Position numbers and translations under genes: made by a program
NCBI RefSeq assembly: GCF_008831285.2
Contig: NC_045138.2
Location: forward strand, 31,186,001 to 31,250,000
Source of the DNA: Nymphaea colorata
Lineage: Eukaryota
DNA length: 64,000 nucleotides
Reading direction: 5' to 3'
Notes under the pieces: generated by a model
The model's database searches: none
Told to the model about the DNA's origin: nothing
The model's input: the letters and a program-made list of their open reading frames with translations, nothing else
Shown: one piece after another, positions 38,504 to 52,041 of the stretch
How positions within the stretch are numbered: the stretch's first letter is position 1
Layout of the letters: each line of letters opens with the position of its first letter

Positions 38504-41047
38504 ATGCTACTTAAGAGGGGAAACTGTTGTGCAGAATGTGAGGAACTACTAGACCTTCCCACAAACTTTGCCTTCCGGAAAGAACAAAGTTTGAACTTTG
38601 TTTTCTGAAGACGTTTTGACTTCAAAGATTGATATAGGTTTATGAAAGCTTATGGTATAGTGCTCCATGAATCTGCATCAAGTTTTGGGGTAGCTTCGTG
38701 AAACAATAACAAATGGGTATTGCTGCATCAAGAACTCAGAGACTGGTGGAGATGGGATCTATAAATGCTGAGGAACAATGTCAATGTGTTGGATTTAGAT
38801 CGGATATTATCCGGCTTGGAGTTGGTTTGGGGTTCAAATACAAATAACGTAAAACCATCTCAGAAGTTTACGTATATTCTTCAGTTTTGGGTATACAAAA
38901 AGACGGCATGAGAAAAACCACATACTAAGTCTGTATATCATAATATCAGATCAGAACACCTGGATTCAGATTTAAACAAAATATCAAATTGCATGGCATC
39001 GTTCACTTTTCACTAACACATGATCAGTTAATTCTGTCCTGTAATGGCATGATATGAATCGCTTAGACCCACAAAAAGTTGTATAATGTTTCCCCCTCAT
39101 CTTTTTTACAGGAGGGTCAAAGCTGATCTCACCAAGGGTTCATTTCTTGGGTTGCTTGGTAGGAGGAACGCTTTATGAGTTGCAGAACTTATGCACCAAT
39201 CTTTGGGATAGATTCGTGGGGCACTCACAAAGTATCTTTGCTACCAAATGATCCATTTTAAAAACAGATGTCATCTCTTGAAGAAGGTGATAAATAGGAT
39301 TCTGAATCGTAAATGTCCAAGGAGCAAGACTTTGTGGGTGATTTACTCTGCTCCCTTCATGTGTCTGATCGCAGCAAGATGAAGGGAGATTTTGTTGCCA
39401 TCAAATTACAAAATTTCTTGAAGACAGTAACAAACTGTTGCCGTCAACTGCAGCAGTAAAATCCCTTGAAGACAAAAACTGGCAAAAGGGCTTATAACAT
39501 GACAAAAGAGAAGGAGAAAATTTGTGGGCAAGTGGTGATGATTGTTATGGGCTATCACAAATTTGTGATTAACAGCATATGTCTAGTTCAAACTAAGTGA
39601 ACAAAACATGAGGCTGCGATTTAAAGTTGATTGGATAAGCTTCTTGTTTCCAAAGAAACAAAACATCTATAAAAGCACTTGTCTATACTATAATTGGGCA
39701 TAAAGGAACAATAGTAAGCTGAAAACTTCAACCAGGACAATTATTTTGCAACTACATGACCACCATGCTACGTACATGAAAGTAGCTGGTAAGTCATCTA
39801 TCAAAAGAATCGGCCTCAAAACAAGCCAGAACCTTGGAAGCATAAGGGTATGTCTTGGAAATTTTAGCCAAAGGTGGTAACCCCTAAATAAACATATATA
39901 TATATATAAAAAAAGGGATTCGGCATCGATCATTTTTGGTTGCCGGCTTCCTTGTCATCAGATCATCAACTGAATTCGGTAGCTCTACTTCTTTCCCTTG
40001 ATCAGGTGAGGCCAGGAAAAGCCCAATCCCACCCGTAGCCAGTGCTTTGAGAGATATATTTGTCCATATTAATACAAGCATTAAAGGTTCATTATCATCA
40101 TCATAATGTTTTCCATTTAAAGCTACACATACACCAGTTACTGACAAAGGAATATTGTATCAGAAGGTCCAAAAGTGTCAACGTACCTACGCATAATAAC
40201 AAATTAATTTGCAAAATGAATATGTTACGATAATAAAGAGATATGCTCGATACAAAATTAAGTAACAAAGAAATACATGTAAAATGAAAAAGAAAGAAAG
40301 TGAAGTTAGTTTGGGAAACGCATCTTGTGAAGAGGGTACACAGTACACTTGATTGGAGAGTAGATCATGTTCCACAAACATTCAAATCTGAAGACTTCTA
40401 AAAGTAATTTGGGGAGAGCAAATGTGGTCTTAAGTATATGTGCTGGACCATATCACTGAAATTTTATGAAGGCAATTAGTACAATGTTAATGTGCATTCT
40501 CATATCTGAAGAAACCAGAAATTATGAGAAATAAACTATCTATTCCAGATTTTGAATGATCTACGTCCCAAAGTTACTCCGATCAGTCTTTTTCTGGACC
40601 ACTCTATGTGTTTGCCTACAGGTGAAACATGTCCGGGTTCACAAACATCCTTTTCGTCACTAAAGGAGTTCACGAATTAGTTGGGTAGTTCATGAACCTG
40701 GTCGACGCCATTCTACATCATGCCCATAACTATCATGAATACTCCCAAGAACACTGCCCTTGGTCTGCATTGTTTAGATATGAGAAGAACACACTTGATC
40801 GCTTTGTTCCGTTTTAGACTCTGCTTCTCACGCTTTTACCAAGTCTTGAAGCAGACGTTGTCTCGAGCAATGGGAACATGAGCGTGTACACGTTAAGTAG
40901 TAAGGTCTTGTCATTTTTAAGCCAAGCTAGCGCCAATAACTTGACCATGATATAGAGACATCACTAGTTACTCTACAATCAAGAAAGGCAGACCAGACTG
41001 GAGACTACCCATTATGGAAGATGCAGATGAACTAAAACCCTTTGCAT

Positions 41048-41088
<41 letters not shown>

Positions 41089-41170
41089 ATTATATTGCTC
41101 GGTGCAAAATTTTTGTTGTACACCGAACAATATATATAACCATCTTCCATAATCAAGTGCTCAATGTCCA

Positions 41171-41288
41171 AGGGGATTGAATATTCCAAGGCACATCGAG
41201 TTCGAGACACTGCTAGGAGGGCCAAGAGGGCTCATGTCATGTAGAGGCAGGTCGAACTCAATGCGCCCTCGAGCATCAACATCACCCT
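41171..41288 (+). ncRNA. Candidate MIRNA-like imperfect hairpin (unvalidated)
   Basis: 41184-41205 ttccaaggcacatcgagttcga pairs with 41252-41273 tcgaactcaatgcgccctcgag (4 mismatches plus 1 G-U on the plus strand), with a looser lower stem. A TATATATAA lies at 41131-41139. No conserved miRNA family recognised. Confidence 0.35.
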
Positions 41289-43164
41289 ATTTAGCTTGCT
41301 TTCGTGTGCATGCTTCCTATCTGACCACAAGTTGTTGGACTTGCTCAATTACATCTGATTAGAAACTGGATTCAGTTTTAGGATATAAATGATTTCTCTC
41401 ACATGAATCCACGTCTGGGTTCAGTTTTCTGATATGATTTCTCTTGCATGAATCCAGTAAAAACCAAAATTAATCTGTTGGACATCTGAATCCGATTACA
41501 TATGCAACATTTCTTTCTTGTTATGAAATGACATGACTGCAACTCTTATCCTGAGAGAAGGAGAGAAGTGAACCAAGTCAAAGAAATGAAAACGATCACA
41601 GACACCCAATTTGCTGATCACATAACTATTGGCAGCCTCTGACTGTAATTAAACAGGATGGTTGGCTTGGTTTTAAGAGGTCGAAGGTCCTCCCCTCTTT
41701 TCCCTGCTCATGGGATCCAGGACAGATTCAGAACTTAGTAAACTTGAGACTAGTCTCTTCAACTTTAGAGTAGTGTCTGCACCATTTACAGTTTAGATGT
41801 GTGGCACTCATGAAACTCGGATTGATGACGAAACTTTCACAGGCTTGCCAGTCCGACCAATTATGCTACACTCCTTGTCAACTACATTAGGTAGAGGGCA
41901 CAAGGGATAACACATTATATCGCTTAATTATTAGTTGAATTTGAAAAGTTGCCACAGCAAACACGTTTCCACGTCTAAATTTTATGTGAAAACAATATGA
42001 TTTAGTTACTGCGTGAGATGATCAGTTATTGACTGCGTGAGAGGATCAGTTTCCTTCAATAGAAAAGAGAAGAGAAAGAGAGATGGAATCAGGCTTTTGT
42101 ATTGCTTCCTAAGAGACTAGTGGACAGGAAATGAACTGCCCTTCACATCATTTTGATAGTGCTTTTGGAATCCACGATGACTCTGAAAGGGAAAAAGAAT
42201 GAAAGATGAAGAGGAGGAGGAGGAGCTAGTGGGGACATCCGTGCGTGCATGAACGGCCGGGACCAATTGATTCCCTTAACTTGCGTCCAACAAAAGCAGA
42301 AAGCTATAGCGGGAGGCTGCTAGCTAGCTGTTACTTGTACCAATGAACAAGTAAAACTTTTTATCAGTTGCAGTACTGATTGCAACGCCGGCTCTTCTTC
42401 TTCCTTTTTTTCTTTTATTCTTCTTCCTGTGTTCCACACCTCTCCCACCCATCGATGAAGACAAATGTGTTCTTATCTTCACGTTACGTGCGCACGAGTG
42501 CGACGCACTGATCAAAGATTGAGCTGCACATGCACTCAAATGGTGCCAAATCCATCTCTCTCTCTCGTGCAGAATAACAGATGGCGACTACTTCGAGGAC
42601 TTTGGATCTTTACAACATCTTAACCACTTCATCAACGTGATTAGCCAACGAATAGACGTGTACAAAGCAACTTTTTAGAAGGGTATGAGATGAGTTTACA
42701 ACTTTCTACTGAGTTGTTTATTTCGACGAGATGATCCATTATTTTTCCATGTTCAATGCTTAAAGAAGATAGAGAAGAAGCTGTTTTTAAGTGCTCCACA
42801 GTGGGTTATCAAGGATATATACAATCTTCCCATACGCACAAGTTCCCCTTTTCTAATTAGTTAAGTTGGGGCCGGACCGGTTACTGCGGCATTGCCAGAA
42901 GCTTGTTACAAATATAAGAAATCTTAGTTTTAAGGGGCACCAATATGTACTAAACTAAATTTACATAAATAGAATAAATATATGAGTTCATGTGGGCAAC
43001 TGCCCACACCCACCTTCGCCATTTTGATCAAGGGCTTCAAGTTGGAGATCTAAAAAAATTTTGGTAAAATGCAAATTTGGGTTACCCTTGTAGGCATTAT
43101 GTGGTTTGTAAGACAAAGAAAAACATTGTTGTAATTAAACTGCATTGAGTCTTCAACGAGGTTG

Positions 43165-43370
43165 CCACGAGGGGTGGTAACGCATTGGGTGGCAAGGTGG
43201 TTCGGTTCCTCTAAGAACTCAGGTTTGAGTCTTGGAGTGGTCACTGTCACATCTCATGCGCTCTACCTTTGATCCGAAGCATACTCTGTAAAAACTCAAG
43301 AGGGCAGGTACAGGGAGGAGGGGCAGTGGCCTCTCTTAGGGATGATGGAATGAACCACTCACCCTTTTCT
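43165..43370 (+). mobile_element. tRNA-derived SINE (about 206 bp)
   Basis: Pol III box-A-like tggtaacgcattgg (43175-43188) and box-B-like ggtttgagtct (43222-43232). Flanking direct repeats aacgaggttg (43155-43164) / aatgaggttg (43371-43380). Confidence 0.65.
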
Positions 43371-46360
43371 AATGAGGTTGGCTCAACTGCATGGAGGTGA
43401 GGGTTGATAAGTAGTCAATTACCATTTCAATTGTATCATGAACGTCAATATGCTATGATGAAAAAGGAAGGTTATTAATATTTAAGTTGAAAGTGCTATG
43501 GGGGCAAAACTTTGAAACATCAAAAACATCGGGCACATAGTGCACTCATTATTACATATGCACCAAAAGAATTTTGGGAGCAATTTTTGCCATTTCTGAA
43601 AAACAAAAAGGATATTTTGAGAATTTTATATCTTTTAGTTTCCATTTTTGGCTTTGTAAGAGGGGCCTTCCTTTGACTGACCAGGGGCTTCTTGGTCATT
43701 TCCTACCCAATGCACAAAAAATATGCACGAGCAAGCTGCATATATATAGCTAGATTTGTTGTGAATGAGCTTATTTTAGGTTACCAAAAACAAAGCCCAT
43801 TGCATCATAGTTACTTGTCCAATGCCGTTTGACCATAGATTTATCGATCTATTTGCATTGAAATGTTTATAATTTCATGACTAATATTGATTGGAACTCT
43901 TTCTTTTTCAGTTACAGGTTAGTCTCTCAATAAATGTGCATTTATGAAATGCGCAAGTACTTCACCCAAAATATGGTTAAATCTAAATATAACAGTTAGG
44001 TATTTAAGTAACTTGGCACTTTTGATTGCATCCACCCACTTTCATATGTGTGTGTGTGTGTAAGGATTTTGAAATCCGTGAATTTGATGTGACGTGACTA
44101 AGTCGTTTACATGGACAAACTTTTACAGCAAAAAAGATAGTCGATTGGACCAAGAAACTTACCTTAGAGGGCATTTGGCAACAGAATTATTAACATAAGG
44201 TTTCATGGAAATGCAGCGTTTCATGAATGATAGATTCATGAAATAATGTTTTAATATTTCTATTGCCAAACACCCACTTGTTATTTGTATTACAATACCA
44301 AAAGGCTTGATCTGAGATAAAAGAGGAGATAGTTGCATGCATGGATTTCAAAAACTAAGGCTCTTAATATCCCGAAAAGATATGACATATTAATCAAACG
44401 CCTCCTCAATATGACTTGGTTTTTTAATTATTTTATATTTATTTTTTCTTCTGTAACCAAATTTGAAGTTAATCTCATTTCTTATGTATGTATTATTTAG
44501 ATTATAGGAATCTGACGAGTTTGTAGCTCTTCCAGCAACTTCTTTATATAATTCTTCTCTTTTCTTCCCTTCCCACATTGAAAGAGACAAGAGAAAAAGC
44601 GTGTGCCCTACTTGGGTTTCAGCTTTTTCTCATCTTCTTCTTCAAAGTGATTCATTATAAAAGGTAGGCCACTGAATTCAGTGCAAAACCCACTTGACAA
44701 CGCCAACTTGGTTGGATGAAGAGAGTTAACATCGATCATGGTTTCGATACAAGTTATGTGGACACCTCTATTCACTAAACATTGTGCATAGACATGTGGA
44801 ATGAACAAAATACTATCATTTAAGTTAAAAAAAAAAGTTTTTTAAAAAGACCAAAAAGAAATTATAAAAAGTTAAAAGTATAAAAGATATATTTTTTTAT
44901 AAAAAAAATTAAAAAATGCCTCAACCCCCTTCTTCTTTCCTTTTAGTGTATATTTGTGCACGCAACTCACATTTTTTTGGGGATCAAAGACAATTTAAAA
45001 TATTTTTTCTGCATAAATGCAAAGTTTGACATGGCTTTAGCATCATCAACGAATCCTAAATCATTTTTTAGTATGTGATATAAATCTGGTTTCTAGATTA
45101 ACATCTGAATCTGAATCGGACTTTCAAAACTGAATACGAACGGAATAATGAACATCGGAGATAGAATATTTTATTCAACAATATATCAGATCTAATTCTA
45201 ATTCTGAATCCAATCAGATATTTACTCAAATCCGAACCTCACCGGATTCCATTTCTAAATTCTTAATTGGACATAAGGCGTTTTGGCATTCGGACTTGAA
45301 CCGTTCCCCGAATCCAATCTGGCCAATGATGCTGAAAACATCAACCCACTGAAGTTGCAGTGAGAGCGTCCCCACCGAGTTATTACTCTAGACAGTAATG
45401 TTGAAGACTAAACTAAGTGAATCATAATGCATGTCGCTCTGTTGGCTGTCTCCATTAATGCAAAATGTCCAGTTTGCCCCCGTCAACCTCCACATGAAAC
45501 CAGCCCACTAAGGTTTTCTTTTATATATATATATATATATATACTTAGCTCTAAATGAAAGGAACGTAAAGCTTGCAGGAATGAGCCTTGCACGGAAAAA
45601 CTGTTCTTCAACGAAGTTTGATGCCTTCATTTAAAACTTATATATTCTATTCATATGAACTGACGGATATTCGCTCAAGTGCAGATAATTTTACATTAGC
45701 AAATGGCATTGGCCTAAGTATGTCTAATCAGTCAGATTAGTTGGACACAAAAGAAATTCCTTGCTCACATGTGCTTGTCCGTTCTAAAAGGGCACTATTA
45801 ATTTCTTTTAAGGCGGAGAAGAATGTATTGATAATTAAAGAACTATTTTTTGATGATTCTAAAATAATTTCAAAACTTAAAATCTAATCAAATGAGTTGG
45901 GACTTGATCTATCGACTCGAGCTCCATAACTTGAATCGAGCTCAAGCCTAACGATATGTCGAGCTGACCGAGCTGTAAGTTAACCCGACTCGTGTACGGC
46001 CCCAAATGTTTATTTTCGAAAGGTTGTGTTTGTAAATTTATGCGTGTGCTAATACATTGCAACGTTGAGTTCGTGAACAAAACCAGTTTCTGGATATGAC
46101 AAATGACGGAAATGCCCTGGAGTTGGTGATTCCTCTTGCCACTCGAAATTCTTGCAGAAACATTCAATGTCCGGCGAGAGTCAAAAAGCAAGAAGACGTA
46201 CGGTTCAATGTTTTGGGGAGAACCTTCCGAAGTGAAGTTACCGTTATGCCCCTGAGGTTGAGAATTACCATAACGGTTTGGATCCTGGACAGGTTTTATG
46301 GCGCACTGGGTCCAAATTCTAGGGCTTATGGGACGGTTGATGGTCATTGGGTCAGTCCTT

Positions 46361-46803
46361 AGGGTAAACACGAGCTGGCTCGAACCTGAGTTCAATTAGC
46401 TCAAGCTCGCCTCGACTAATGAAACTTCGAGCTCGAGAATATCTTGACAGAAGCAGTTCAAACTCAACTCGGCAGTTATGTGTTGAGCTCGAGCTCAACT
46501 TGACTATGGCTCGATAAACTCGTTTGAATAGAATTGATATTCACTGTAATGTGTTGAGCTTGAGCTCTAACTCGATTAAGGCTCGACAAACTTGTTTGAA
46601 TATAATTGATATTCATTGTTACGTGTTGAGCTCGAGCTCGACTTGATTAAGGCTCGACAAACTCGTAAGCTTGTTTGAACATATCGACTCGATTAAGGCC
46701 TGAGTTCAACTCAACAGTTACGTGTTGAGTTCGAACTAGAGCTCGACTCGTTAAGCAAATGACTCAATGACTCGAGCTTTAACGAGTCGAGCGCGAGTAG
46801 CCT
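46361..46803. mobile_element. MITE-like element built from gagctcgagctcgactcg subrepeats
   Basis: Several imperfect ~60-bp units of the form gtgttgagctcgagctc.actcgattaaggctcgacaaact. Related motifs occur at about 6270-6420, 45900-46000 and 47520-47640. Confidence 0.55.
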
Positions 46804-47480
46804 AACAAATAAATTTATTTGACTTGGATCGGATCTGACTATGTTTTGGATCTGTGTCCCAGAAAAGCAATATATGGTGTACGGCCCCAAAAATTTTCAG
46901 TTTTGATTTGGGTATTGCCGGCTCATCCTGGATCCGATTTATCCAGCCTTTGAAAATGGAATTGGATCTGTGAAAGTGTGATGGCAATTTCCATATTTTC
47001 AGCTGCAAGATTTGGATTTGCGCCCCAAAGTGGTGGACAGAATGTGGGAGTGCAAGCCGGTTGTCAGTTCGGATCCGATCTGATCCGCTGGCTACGAGTC
47101 AAAGCGGCGTGGTCAACCTGGAAATGTGGGGCTGCCCACACCGGACGAGATTGAGATCCGGATTTCCTCGTGGTCCGAACCCTAACCGCTGCGCCCTGCC
47201 TATGAATTTCCGTGACGGCTTGTCTGCCACCATTCCCCCACTTCGCTTACTAATTAAAGAAAATTCCCTAGACAGACCCATATTTTAGTTAATTTGATAT
47301 AGCGCGTCAATTTTTCATTTTTTTCTGAAACAGTGTTGGCATTTCTGCCGTTCTTCTTAGTGAAACGGCAGCCATTAAAGAAATTCAAGACTCTACCGGA
47401 AAATCCATAAAAAGGCAGATACCTGATAAATCCTCAGTTTAAAATTGAAGATATAAAATGGTTTTCAATTCCAGCCTGCT

Positions 47481-48321
47481 TGTCTCCACTCCCTACCAGA
47501 GGAGCGTGCACTGTCTCTACATTAAGCTCGGGCCGACTCGACTCGACTCGACTCGAGGAAAGATGCCATCCCATTTGATTGGGCTCACACCCTTCGGAGG
47601 TCTCGAGCCCACTTCTAAGACCAAGTCGAACCAAGTAGGTGAGACTTGGGCAAAGTGATTTTTTTTTTTTCCGATGGGTTTGTCGCCGGAAGGGTAATAT
47701 GGTCATTTGGGAAAAGGCATAAGGCGACAGGAGAGTTCTCTTTGCAGGATGCCCAGAATCCGGGGCATGATTACAAGGGCAGTTCTGATGGTCGCCTGAC
47801 CGCTGCACAGTGGACACTGCTTCGCGTTTCCGCCACTACCAGCCGGCCACGTCACCGGCAGCGAGACAGCGGCACATGGGGAGGCGGGCCCGGCGAGATG
47901 GCTGGGAATCGACGCGCCTGCTTCCTCTTGGTGAAACCAAGTTGACCTGTGAAAAACACACGCTAGACATGATGGCCCCACTGCCTGGCCCTCTTGCCCC
48001 CCTCCTCCTGCCGCCGGCTACCAAGCCGCTGGAGCCCAGCCGGCCTGGTGGTCTCCGTCGATCAACTTCGGTTAGTGAATCCCTTAAAGACGCGTGCTGC
48101 GTGCAGCCCGAGTCCCGCTGCTGCTCAGTGTTCTTGCTTCGTGGGTTGTCTGAATCAGCCGAGCCGAGTGAAGCTGGAAGCTGTGCGGCGAGCAGCTCGG
48201 TCGTAGAAGGTTGCTCTCAACGACGTGCAGGGGCGGAAATCCGACCGTTCATCTGCTGCCACGTTCCTGGTTGGGGGTGGGCAGACGGCTGTCGGCTCCT
48301 CCTCCACTCGCTGCCATAAAA
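47481..48321 (+). promoter_or_regulatory. Aux/IAA promoter with auxin-response elements and a TATA-like box
   Basis: TGTCTC at 47481 and 47512, GAGACA at 47863, TGTCGG at 48290, ACGT-core CACGTC at 47848 and CATAAAA at 48315, all upstream of the ATG at 48405. Confidence 0.55.
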
Positions 48322-48404
48322 GGAACGAACTCCTCCTCCCCCTCCATCTCTTTCTTTAATCCGTCGTCGACCAACAGTGGGAGAGAGAAGGAAGAGAGGA
48401 CGCG

Positions 48405-51044
48405 ATGGTGCACGCGGAAACGGAAAGGAGGGCGAGGGTGTCGCCGAGGAACGACGACGACGCCGCCGCGGAGACGGAGCTTACCCTCGGCCTTCCTGGT
48501 GGAAAGGCGGCTGCGAAGCGCGGTTTCTCTGAGACCGTTGATCTCAAGCAGCGGTCCCGAGGCAGCGCCGACGCCGGGAAGAAGGTTGTCGACGCCGGGA
48601 AGCCCGCGGCGCCCAAGTAAGTAAAGTTTTTCTTGAGAATTTGGCCTGCTGCGTCTGTGTAGATGAGTTTTGCGGGGAACCGAGGGAGGCAGATTCGCTG
48701 CCTTAGTTTAATTGTTTGCCAAAAACTTCTCACGAAGGATCTCACACCATCTTAGAACTGATTTCCATGCGTTTTGGTTTCCTTTTTCGCTTACTTCTCC
48801 ATGAATTCGATTGCGGGTTTATATACGTAATTTGCTTCTTTTATTCTGAGTATCCTTAAGAGAAACTAATTACGGCTTCGAATCTTAATTTATTAACGTT
48901 TCTGAGACTTGAGAATTTTCTAGCAATTTCTCTTGAGAGTATGTTCCAAGCTCAACAGCTTATTAGGTACACAAATGGCTCGAGGATTCGTGTAACATGT
49001 AGAAGAATATCATGATGCTTCAATAATTTTCGAAACTCAACTCCGTGGTCAACCGTCCTTCTACTTCGCCCATAATTTCAGTTTTTTTTTTCTTTTTCAA
49101 TCACTAAATGAAAGGGAAAGGAAGAATCAGTTTCGATATTCTCAGAAAGATGCCCGCGTAGTTTTCGCACTCAAATTACTGCAAAAAGGAAAAAAGAATG
49201 AAGGCATCTGATCCGTTTTCGGAGCTGGATCTTGGTTTATGCGAGCAAATTTTTAAGTTTTGTTACAAAAGCGTGTTAAAATGGAAGTAGGCCATCTTAA
49301 GAAACGGCAGTTTTTGGTAAATGCTTTTATGTTCTTTAATTCTACTTTTTTTTTTTGTTGCCTATCGCTCATATATTATTGTCCTGAATAGTTGCGTAGT
49401 GTTGCATGACTCCTACATATTGAACTACTTCAAAGAATTAAACTTATAGTCTTCATATCTTCTGTTTAGTTTGGATGGTACATGTGTATCTGATCGAGAG
49501 TGTTGTTCGGGGGAATCTTGAGGTTGCTCCATCATAGGATCATGATTTTTAGAATAACCCTTTTAGTAACGAAATAGTTGATCCTCCCACAATATTGCAA
49601 AAACTTGCATAAATCTACTTGTTTTCATCACATACTGTGATTATCAAAGTTTCTCCAAGCACCTTACGCTCGCATCTACCCACAAGACAAAAGATCCCCA
49701 TTTCTGAGACGATTTCCCTTCACCATGAAGACTTACAATTAAGAGATCTACTCGTTTTCATCATAAGCGCCCGCTATCGATCATGTGATATTTGAAGTTA
49801 AGTTTTTCTAAAACCTTACGCTTATCCAGCTAAAAAGCAAGAGATCCCCATTTCTCAGATGGTTTTCCCTCACCATGAAAGAAATTTTATAGAATTATGA
49901 GATTTTAGTCGAGGAAGTCATTAACCAAGGTTTTTTGAGTAACATTAGTTCGCTGAGTAAATTATGAACCGTAGACTAACAATTAAATTCTACGGTACCC
50001 GATTCTTACATGTTACAATATCTTCTAATTAATATCATGCTTACTCTATCCTCTCATATCACTGTCATGTATTTTGTACATGTTTCTGGGCATTTTCTTT
50101 TGTGGTGCTAGTTAGGGCATGAAGAGAGGGCACAGGGGAACAATACATGTGCTAGGCACTAATATGTGTACCATATGTACCCGTGGATGTACCGTCTCAG
50201 GGCTCAGGTGGTAGGATGGCCTCCTGTGAGATCATACAGGATGAATGCATTGAAGAGCTGCACGTATGTGAAGGTCGCCGTAGACGGTGCACCGTATCTA
50301 CGGAAAGTAGACTTGGAGATGTATGATAGCTACCAGCAGTTGCTGGAATCCTTGGAGAAGATGTTCACCTGCTTCACCATATGTGAGTTAATCTTCTCAA
50401 GATTTTCTTCACTATTTTTCAATTGCACGCATTTGCAGTACATGTGGAACAGATATAACACGCTGAAACTTTGTAATTTCTAGTTGTTTCTCTTATGTTG
50501 TGTATAACTGTGCTTTTCACCCCATTGAGAAAGTATTTTTTTTTTACACTAGGGTTTTTGTACAGTTGCTTCTCTGCATAGATCTGTACGAGGGTACTGT
50601 TTGAAAATCTGTTTCACCTACCATTCAAGATCAACAATGAGGATTGCTAGGATCTTGACACATAATGTCAAAGAGGGTCATCCATAATTGTTTTCTTCAC
50701 ATATTGAGTTGATAATTTTGATGGGAAGATACATGTGGAGAATGATCACTTGTGAAAAGAAGGTGTGGGTTGGGGGAATGGGATTTAGGAGGGTGATGGG
50801 CAGGATGTTTTGGACTACATGGCAGGATATGACAAGAGCCCGTGTGGACATGGAAACTTTTGTCATGTTATATGGTTGAGAAGTCCTTCTCACTCTCCCC
50901 TCTCCTATTTAATGGCATCTTGATGTTAAAGGTTATGGGAGGGACACTGACAGCTTTCTGTAGCAAAGAAAATTTTAATACCCAGTGTCCCTCCATCCCC
51001 TCCCTTTGAAAGCAAAAAGTCATTTGAAGTAAAGCGCATATGTG

Positions 51045-51107
<63 letters not shown>

Positions 51108-52041
51108 AAAGAATAAGACTGACATCTGGATCATCTTTAAGATTGAGAGTGACATGCTCTGCGAGGTCCTCGTCAAGTTGTCCCCGTCTTCTTCTTAACT
51201 ATGAGCAGTTGATTTTTAATTGTTCCATTCTCATGGGTTAGAACTTAATTATAATTTATATGCGGTGATTTATGTTCAAGAGTGGAAGCAGACACAGAAA
51301 CAATTTTATTGAGTTTGATGTCATAAACGCGTGAAAAATAAAAAAATCGGGGACTTCTTGGATGCTTGGTTGCAGGCAACTATTTAGGTGAGAGCAAGCT
51401 GATGGATCGCATGAATGGCAGTGAATATGTGCCTACCTACGAAGACAAAGATGGTGATTGGATGCTTGTCGGTGATGTTCCTTGGAAGTAAGTTTTTTCA
51501 CACAAATCAAAATCTTTCACAGAATTAATCATTGATTTTATTGTTCTAGTCATTTGGGGAGTCTCTTTTTCGTTTTCTTTTCCCATATATGCCAATTTCC
51601 TAGTTTCCCTGGATAAAGAGAAGAAGAAGAAGAAGAAAATCAAATCGTGACTATTTATTCGTTTCTCATGCAGGATGTTTGTGGAATCGTGCAAGCGTAT
51701 GCGTCTTATGAAGGGCTCGGAAGCCACTGGACTTGGTAAGCAACCAGCCGTGCTGTAAGCCAAGAGTCAAGAGATGAATGTTGTACTAGTCAAGTAGGGA
51801 AGGTCGGGAACTCGATCCATCGAGGTCTCACGAGCCAAGAGCTTGGTCCATGTGGCTATTGCCTTCTCAGACTTGGCTCTACTGAGCCAGGCTATGCTGG
51901 AAATCAGTCTGATAATACGTATTAGTTTCATGATTGCTATTTCATAATAATCGTGGTAGATGATTTTTGTGGTGGTGCTCATATTATGATCTCCTGCATG
52001 CAGCTCCAAGTACCCCGGAGAAATGCACCAGCTCGAACTGA
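48405..52041 (+). CDS. IAA: Aux/IAA transcriptional repressor (copy A), 201 aa, 5 exons
   Basis: Exons 48405-48616, 50201-50382, 51376-51487, 51674-51735 and 52004-52041; all GT-AG, total 606 nt. Domain [12 protein letters not shown] motif, domain [14 protein letters not shown], domain [20 protein letters not shown], domain [36 protein letters not shown]. Confidence 0.95.

Noticed and set aside
39351..39388. ctcccttcat...atgaagggag hairpin reminiscent of miR159/319
   Set aside because: The stem is only 10 bp and no mature miR159/319 sequence is present.
39884..40147. 87-aa minus-strand ORF with an exon-like GC-richer core
   Set aside because: No recognisable homology and no consistent splice sites linking it to other exons.
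46361..46803. Regularly spaced ~60-bp repeats resembling a CRISPR array
   Set aside because: Plant nuclear context, degenerate repeats without unique spacers and no cas genes; these are MITE subrepeats.
47434..48745. Several overlapping 90-170 aa ORFs around the Aux/IAA copy A start
   Set aside because: They arise from the GC-rich, stop-poor promoter/exon 1 or its antisense strand, and show no recognisable domains.
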